A stretch of DNA of 64,000 nucleotides from an uncultured Poribacteria bacterium. GTDB lineage: Bacteria; Poribacteria; WGA-4E; WGA-3G. The stretch lies in NCBI GenBank assembly GCA_958296135.2, contig CATQHZ020000001.1, positions 1,120,001-1,184,000 on the forward strand, written 5' to 3'. Below, in pieces: positions 58,158-64,000 of this stretch. The notes under the pieces were generated by a model. That model saw only the letters and a program-made list of their open reading frames with translations, was not told the DNA's origin and did not search any database. Both the position numbers and the translations under genes were made by a program. Positions within the stretch are counted from its first letter, which is position 1. Every line of letters begins with the position of its first letter.

Positions 58158-61100
58158 CTACGCTTTTGGCAGTGTTGGCAGCGTCAAACGCGGGCGTTCG
58201 CCGAAATCGGGGAGTTGCGGCGGGTTTTCCGCCATCTGCTGAAGAATCTCCGCGATTGCCCTGTCCAGCTGCGGATCGCGTTCATCAAAATAATCTTGTG
58301 GCCGGTAATCAACTTCAATATCCGGGTCTGTGCCGTAATTCTCGATGCTCCAGCCGACATCCTTGAACCAGTGGGAGTACTCCGGTTGCGTTGTTCCGCC
58401 GCCGTCGACGAACCCCTGATGCGGTGCGATGCCGATGACACCGCCCCACGTCCGTTTTCCGATGAGCAGCCCTAGTTCCATCAGTTTGAAGCAGTGCGAG
58501 AAAATGTCGCCATCGGAGCCGGCGTTCTCGTTTGTGACTGCTACCATCGGACCGAGGATGGAGGCATCTGGGTAAGGGTTCGGCGTGCCCCAGCGCGGCA
58601 CATCATATCCGATGCGGCGGCGTGACAACTTCTCCAAGATGAGCTGCGAGACATGTCCGCCGCCGTTATAGCGCACGTCCACGATTAAGGAGGGATGACT
58701 GACTTCGGCGAGGAAGCCGCGGTGGAATTCGGCATACCCGCGCCCCATCATGTCGGGGATGTGGACGTATCCGACTTTTCCATCGGTTTTCTGGTGAACG
58801 TACTGCCGATTTTGGGATACCCAGTCGCGATACCGAAGTTCGCGTTCACTGCGGAGTGCCTTGAGGGTGAGTGTGCGTTTCTCGCCGTTTTCGGCGTTTT
58901 GGAAGGTGGCTTGCACCTCTTGCCCTGCGAGGTTGACGAGCAGTTCGCCGGGGGTGACTTGTTGACTGACGCGCTGTCCACCGATTGCCAGCAAGATGTC
59001 ATTTGCGCTGAGATTCATGCCGGGTGCGTTGAGCGGTGAATCTTTCGTTGCTTCCCATGCATCGCCGTGCGGGATGCGCGCAATGCGGTAGCCGTTGTGC
59101 TCGGTATCGTAGGTGAAATCTGCGCCGAGGAACCCTTGCGCGTAGTTTGGCGAGCTGCGGTAATCGCCGCCGGATTCATAAGCGTGCGAGGTGCCGAGTT
59201 CCCCCTGCATTTCCCACATCAGGTCGGAAAATTCGGCGCGCGTTGCAACGCGTGCGAGCAGCGGCAGGTAGCGTTGATACACCTGCTCCCAATCGACACC
59301 GGACATATCGGCTGTCCAGAAGTAATCGCGTTGGAGCCGCCACGCTTCGCGATACATCTGATGCCACTCAGTTGCAGGAACGACGGATGCCTTGACGCGG
59401 TTGAGTTCGATCCAACCGTTCTGTCGGTTCGGTCTGCCGCGATTTTCAGGTTTCTGTTCATCTTCCGCCTTTTTGCCTGCCTTGAGGACGCGGAGCCGAT
59501 TCCCGGCGCGATAGGCGAGCGTTTTGCCATCGCGGGAGAGTTGGAATGTATCTACGCCTGAGGCGAGTTTCTCCTTTTTCTGCTCCTTGAAATCGTAAGC
59601 GTGGAGTATGCCTTTCGGTTTCTCGGCGCTAGCGGTACTTCCCGGTGCGGGAAGGGTATGTTGCATCGGGTAGGCGGTGAAAATCGCTTTGTTGTCAATA
59701 CCAGCAATTAGCCCGTAACGTCCCTGTGGATAGGGGAAAGCGACGATGCGCTGCGAGATGCCGTCCATCTCAATGCAAATCGGTTTATCTTCGTCGCTCT
59801 TTTCTTCTGTCGTAGCGGCAGCATCGCGAGGGCCGGGCCCTTGCGCCCCGTTATCGGAGGTGTCGGTATTCTCCTCGTCCTTCGGTTCTTCAAGCGGCCG
59901 GGGCTGCGGGATGAACGGATTCGGGAGTTCTTTCTGCAACGTAACGAGCATGGGCCGCGTTGCTAGTGGGAACCCGAGGTCGAAGTATAGCGCGTCGTAG
60001 ACAGGGTTGAATTCGCGGATGGAGAGGAAGTAAAGGTATTTTCCCGCTGGGTCCCAGGCGGGCGCGCCATCCATAAATTCTGGATGCGTGACGAACCACG
60101 TTTCGGTTGTGTCAACCTTGCAGAGTTTGATGGAAGCCGTGGTCTCCGTTGCGGGGAAGCTATAGGCGAGCCAGTTGCCGTCGGGTGCCCATGCTGCGCT
60201 TCGGATGCGGTTATGGTGGCTTTTGTCAAGCACGCGCACCTCCTGCGTCTCTAAATCCACGAGGAGCAATTCAAACCGCTGGTTGGTGATAAGCACCTGG
60301 TCCTTCTTGGGCGAGACTGCGAGTTGTCTGACGTGTCCGATGTCAAGCGTGTCGAGGCGCACTGGTTCCGCGCTGCCATCGCAGGTATGGATTTCAAGTG
60401 CTTCTTCGCCATCGGCATCGGAGAGCGTCACGATGCGTTTTCCGTCGTTGAGCCATTGCGTGAATCGGTATCGCGCGCCGTCTCGTTGTCCGTGCTGGAG
60501 GACAGCGCCTTCCCAATTCGCCATGGTAAAAGGTTTGCCGCGGACTGTCAACGCTAAGGCGTGGCCGTCAGGCGTTAGCGCGCAATCCTGCAGGTACTTC
60601 GTCGTGCTGACGAACTTCCGTTGCCGTTGGATGCGCGGGCTGTGGAATTCGACGTTGACTTGGGAATTCTGCTTGGTATCGGGTTCGTACACCCACAAAT
60701 CTGCGCCTGCGTGGTAGACAATATTCTTGCCATCGGTGTGCGCGGCGCGGCAGTAGTAGTCTTCGTGGTGCGTGTGGCGTTGCAAATCGTCGCCGGTCGG
60801 GAGGCAGGAATAGATATTTCCGATTCCCTCGTGGTCCGAAATAAAATAGATGCGTTCGCCTATCCACATGGGCGTGGTGAAATTTCCCTCGGCGGGCATG
60901 AGGAGTTGAAAGAAGCTGTTGCAATCCCGGTCGATCCAGATTTGACCGGCGGTGCCGCCGCGGTAGCGTTTCCATCGTGCCGGGTCGCGTGTTAATCGGC
61001 CGATGACAACGCCGCCTTCGTCGCCAAAAGTGATATGGTTGGCGGGGCCATAGGGGAGCCGTTTCGGTTCGCCGCCCTCGGCCGGGACGCTCCAAATCCA

Positions 61101-61433
61101 CGGGTCGAACGCTGAATTGGCACTGCTGGCGTAGTAAACCCCGGTTTGCGCCGGGTTCCAATCAGCGATGCTGACGTTGCTTCCCTGATAGGTGAGCCGT
61201 TTCGCTTCACCGCCGATGGCTGGCATGACGTAGACTTCCGTAGGACCCTCTTCACTTCCTGCGAATGCGATGCGTTTGCTGTCGCAGGATAAGCGGGGTG
61301 AGCCTACCGCGCTGAGGTTTGACGTGAGCCGCCGTGCGATACCGCCGCTGATGGGGACAGTCCACAAATCGTCTTCACAGACAAAAACAATGGTATCTTG
61401 CGCAATTGTCGGGGCTCTGTAGTATCCTGACAT
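58158..61433 (-). CDS. Tricorn protease (peptidase S41)
   Basis: RWKRYRGG, GELGTSH, PDZ, DVRYNGGG, catalytic AGSDGD and RTWGG. Confidence 0.95.
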   Translation of the reverse strand: MSGYYRAPTIAQDTIVFVCEDDLWTVPISGGIARRLTSNLSAVGSPRLSCDSKRIAFAGSEEGPTEVYVMPAIGGEAKRLTYQGSNVSIADWNPAQTGVYYASSANSAFDPWIWSVPAEGGEPKRLPYGPANHITFGDEGGVVIGRLTRDPARWKRYRGGTAGQIWIDRDCNSFFQLLMPAEGNFTTPMWIGERIYFISDHEGIGNIYSCLPTGDDLQRHTHHEDYYCRAAHTDGKNIVYHAGADLWVYEPDTKQNSQVNVEFHSPRIQRQRKFVSTTKYLQDCALTPDGHALALTVRGKPFTMANWEGAVLQHGQRDGARYRFTQWLNDGKRIVTLSDADGEEALEIHTCDGSAEPVRLDTLDIGHVRQLAVSPKKDQVLITNQRFELLLVDLETQEVRVLDKSHHNRIRSAAWAPDGNWLAYSFPATETTASIKLCKVDTTETWFVTHPEFMDGAPAWDPAGKYLYFLSIREFNPVYDALYFDLGFPLATRPMLVTLQKELPNPFIPQPRPLEEPKDEENTDTSDNGAQGPGPRDAAATTEEKSDEDKPICIEMDGISQRIVAFPYPQGRYGLIAGIDNKAIFTAYPMQHTLPAPGSTASAEKPKGILHAYDFKEQKKEKLASGVDTFQLSRDGKTLAYRAGNRLRVLKAGKKAEDEQKPENRGRPNRQNGWIELNRVKASVVPATEWHQMYREAWRLQRDYFWTADMSGVDWEQVYQRYLPLLARVATRAEFSDLMWEMQGELGTSHAYESGGDYRSSPNYAQGFLGADFTYDTEHNGYRIARIPHGDAWEATKDSPLNAPGMNLSANDILLAIGGQRVSQQVTPGELLVNLAGQEVQATFQNAENGEKRTLTLKALRSERELRYRDWVSQNRQYVHQKTDGKVGYVHIPDMMGRGYAEFHRGFLAEVSHPSLIVDVRYNGGGHVSQLILEKLSRRRIGYDVPRWGTPNPYPDASILGPMVAVTNENAGSDGDIFSHCFKLMELGLLIGKRTWGGVIGIAPHQGFVDGGGTTQPEYSHWFKDVGWSIENYGTDPDIEVDYRPQDYFDERDPQLDRAIAEILQQMAENPPQLPDFGERPRLTLPTLPKA

Positions 61434-61579
61434 TTTTATTTCTCGCTATGCGTTGTTCAACTGCTGTTGTGCAGAGAAGGTTGGTTTACCAGGCTGCATT
61501 GACGTTGTTGATGTTTATGTTCCTGGTATTTCTTAATCAAATATATGTTCAATTTGGCTCGGATGCCGTGTTCAAAATC

Positions 61580-61730
61580 AGCATCGAGACGCGGGAGGCA
61601 TCGAGCCCGAGGTCTCTCCTACCGGGAGGGGAGTCGAGACCAGGAGGTCTCTCCTACCGGGAGGGGAGTCGAGACCGGGAGGTCTCTCCTACCGGGAGGC
61701 CTCGAGCCCCGAGGTCTCTCCTACCGGGGC
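61580..61730. repeat. Cluster of four GTAG REPs
   Basis: tcgag(a/c)cc..gaggtctctcctaccggg x4. Confidence 0.85.
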
Positions 61731-61736
61731 TTCCGA

Positions 61737-63998
61737 TTAAGGCACCGTTGGTTCGTTGCCGAGCCAGAGGTTTATCGCTGGGCTGCTTGCGATGCGCCGC
61801 TGCCCAATGGCGGCGTTGATGACAACCGTGTGCGGCAAAGTTTGTGGATTGCCGATGAACGGGTTCCGCCGCAATTCGTTGCTGCCGGTGGCGATGATGT
61901 TCGGCACGAGCGTCAGCGTTGCCTCGGTTTCATGTTTTCGTAGGACGGTTGTGCGTCGCTGGAGCCGCACGCCGTTCGGCAAACCGACGGCGGTGAGGTT
62001 CAGATTCTGGCGATTGCCGGGCTGCCGCTCAACGGTGACGACGATGTCCACTGGCCCCCCGGGAGTTATCGTGATTTCTTCCTGCATCGCCGAGAGCCGT
62101 ACCGGTGAAGTCTCAGTTACACTGACAACAACGTTTTTCCGCTGCACCGTCAACGGGTTATTCTGAATGCGGTAAACTTCGACAGGAGTTGCGTTGCGCT
62201 GGATGGTTTGTCCGGCGGCAGTCGTCACGGTGCCGACAACCTGAACGATGCTATGCCGTAACTCAGCATCGGGTGCGGCGGTTAAGGTGAGGTATCCGAC
62301 ATTATTCCCGCCGCTGGAGAGAATCGCGCTCTCACTGGCGGTGATGCCTGCAGGTAGATTGTCGATGGAGAGCCGAATCGGTTCCGTGAACCCGACGCGG
62401 CGTTGCAGCGACACCTCCAAAAGGACAGTGCCGCCTCTGCCGATGTTCGGGTTGTCGGGTGTGACAGCCATGGCGAAATCGGGAGTCGTTGGCCGAACGT
62501 CGAGATGGTAGAGGTATCCTGCGCCGCCTTTTCCTGCGATGTCCTCAATTCGGACAGCATAGACACCCGGTTCAGTGAAGCTGTAATCGATGATGGCGTT
62601 TCGTCTGCCGCCCGCGCCGGCATTATTGGCTAGCACTTCACCTTCGGCGTTGAGCAGTGTGAGGGAAGGGCTGAGCGGCGAGTTCAATCGTTCTGCGGAT
62701 AGTGCGATGGAGTACCCGCCGATGTCGGCGAAAAATCCCCACGGGCCGTAGCCGTTGGTGATTTTGAAGAGGATCTTGTTCTGGCCTTTTTTGACTGGGA
62801 GTTGGATGACATCGTCTGCCCGCCGGAGGGGCCGATGCACATATTTGCTGAAGATGAGCCGGTCGTTCACCCAGATTTTAATCGTATCGTCAGACCCGAG
62901 GGATAAGAGATAGTTCTGGTCCCGTTCAGATTCTAGGAATGTGATGGCGTAGCCGGTGACATCGTCTTCTGGTACGTTTGAGAACAGGTTTTCGCCTCGG
63001 CGATCCGTGCGGTACCATCCGATTTTCCGGTTATTTTTTCCGATGTATTCCTTGTGAAAATCTATTTCTACTTCGGGAGGATAGACAGTGTCAAACCCCG
63101 TTTCGTTGGTGTTATCAAACGGATGGATTACCCACCACGGTCCGAGGCGCGCGCCTTCTGATATGGTAAACCGGTAATAATCGACTTCGCCCGGTTCTGA
63201 GATGCGTCCGCTGAGTCCGCCGGGTGTGCCAAAATGTTGTGCTTGTTCGAGTTGCCGTGCGATGAGTTCTCCGAGTCGGCTTGCTTCCTGCTCGATGAAA
63301 GCGAGGATCCGGTTGCGTTCGGTGGGTGTAATGTCGGCGTTATCTTTCGCCGCCATGCGTGTGATGGTTTGCGTCCATTCTTCTGCGGATAGAGCGCGGT
63401 TGGCGGGTGAGCGGAGTTCGTGGCAGGCGGTGCATTTTGTCTCGAAAAGGATTTCGGATTCGCTGCCTTCGTTTTCGGGTGTCGTGCTCGTACCGGCCAT
63501 CGCGCCTGGGAGGTTGCGCGTACGATTTTTTTCCACAGTTTCGGGCATGTCGTTGGCGATGAACGGGAAGATGCCGTAAGGGGTGCGGATGTGCTTGAGT
63601 CCGAGTTGTCTGTCAAGTTCAACCTGCCACTTCGTTTCAGGCAGATTTTCGCCGCCGATTGTCGCTTGGATAACCTCATCTGTTTTTCCGGCGGGTGGGA
63701 AGAGATAGGTATTGTAAGGGAGCGCGCCGCATGTCAGGCGATAGACAGCATCGGGGTTGCCGCGATGCAGTAAATCCCGGATGCGGAGGCGATAGGTTCC
63801 GTGCGCTGGCAAGGTGTAGTCAATGAGCGGATCGAGGCTATAGAACCCGTTGCTTCGCGCGAGTTCCTCGCCGGTTGCATCAAATAGGGACAAAGTCGGG
63901 TTGAAAAACTGCTGGCTAACGTTGTTGAGGCGATAAGCGTTCACGCTGAAAACGCATCGTTCGCCTTCAACGCCTTCAAAAACGTAGTAATCCTCGTC
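61737..63998 (-). CDS. PPC-domain secreted protein with an embedded c-type cytochrome motif (5' partial)
   Basis: Frame open to the window end (DEDYYVF...). PPC-like repeats, CTACH heme motif and PA14-like GSDD.IKIW.N segment. Confidence 0.75.
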   Translation of the reverse strand, partial: DEDYYVFEGVEGERCVFSVNAYRLNNVSQQFFNPTLSLFDATGEELARSNGFYSLDPLIDYTLPAHGTYRLRIRDLLHRGNPDAVYRLTCGALPYNTYLFPPAGKTDEVIQATIGGENLPETKWQVELDRQLGLKHIRTPYGIFPFIANDMPETVEKNRTRNLPGAMAGTSTTPENEGSESEILFETKCTACHELRSPANRALSAEEWTQTITRMAAKDNADITPTERNRILAFIEQEASRLGELIARQLEQAQHFGTPGGLSGRISEPGEVDYYRFTISEGARLGPWWVIHPFDNTNETGFDTVYPPEVEIDFHKEYIGKNNRKIGWYRTDRRGENLFSNVPEDDVTGYAITFLESERDQNYLLSLGSDDTIKIWVNDRLIFSKYVHRPLRRADDVIQLPVKKGQNKILFKITNGYGPWGFFADIGGYSIALSAERLNSPLSPSLTLLNAEGEVLANNAGAGGRRNAIIDYSFTEPGVYAVRIEDIAGKGGAGYLYHLDVRPTTPDFAMAVTPDNPNIGRGGTVLLEVSLQRRVGFTEPIRLSIDNLPAGITASESAILSSGGNNVGYLTLTAAPDAELRHSIVQVVGTVTTAAGQTIQRNATPVEVYRIQNNPLTVQRKNVVVSVTETSPVRLSAMQEEITITPGGPVDIVVTVERQPGNRQNLNLTAVGLPNGVRLQRRTTVLRKHETEATLTLVPNIIATGSNELRRNPFIGNPQTLPHTVVINAAIGQRRIASSPAINLWLGNEPTVP

Positions 63999-64000
63999 GC

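Overview
This is a bacterial genomic window, most likely Candidatus Poribacteria. That is inferred from dockerin/cohesin proteins, YWTD and TPR repeats, PhyH, sulfatase-like enzymes, a TTxGxLK-type C-terminal motif and dense GTAG-REP-like arrays. Housekeeping blocks (ffh-rpsP-khpA-trmD-rplS-rnhB; groES-groEL) alternate with accessory regions. Highlights: (1) Two ORF-track ORFs (1327-2145, 2161-2856) form one in-frame gene resembling animal selenoprotein N, with an SC-UGA motif followed by a bacterial SECIS-like hairpin. (2) A non-autonomous IS607-type TnpB element (about 9300-10746) has a predicted guide flank that is duplicated (32 bp repeat, 35 bp insert, 32 bp repeat) over the start codon of a four-gene ABC-permease array, and it has a pseudoknotted leader. 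(3) An uncharacterised cluster encodes three PCP_red (BchB C-terminal-like) domain proteins, a radical SAM/SPASM enzyme and an Mrp/ApbC Fe-S carrier, interrupted by a TA pair and a TIR-TPR gene. (4) A defence island beside groEL carries a type I RM system with an HsdM/half-HsdS fusion, an orphan MTase, a SEFIR protein and a deleted HD gene. (5) groESL has a sigma-54 promoter with three palindromic enhancer boxes. No tRNA, rRNA or true CRISPR array was recognised. All family calls come from motif recognition by eye; no searches were run.
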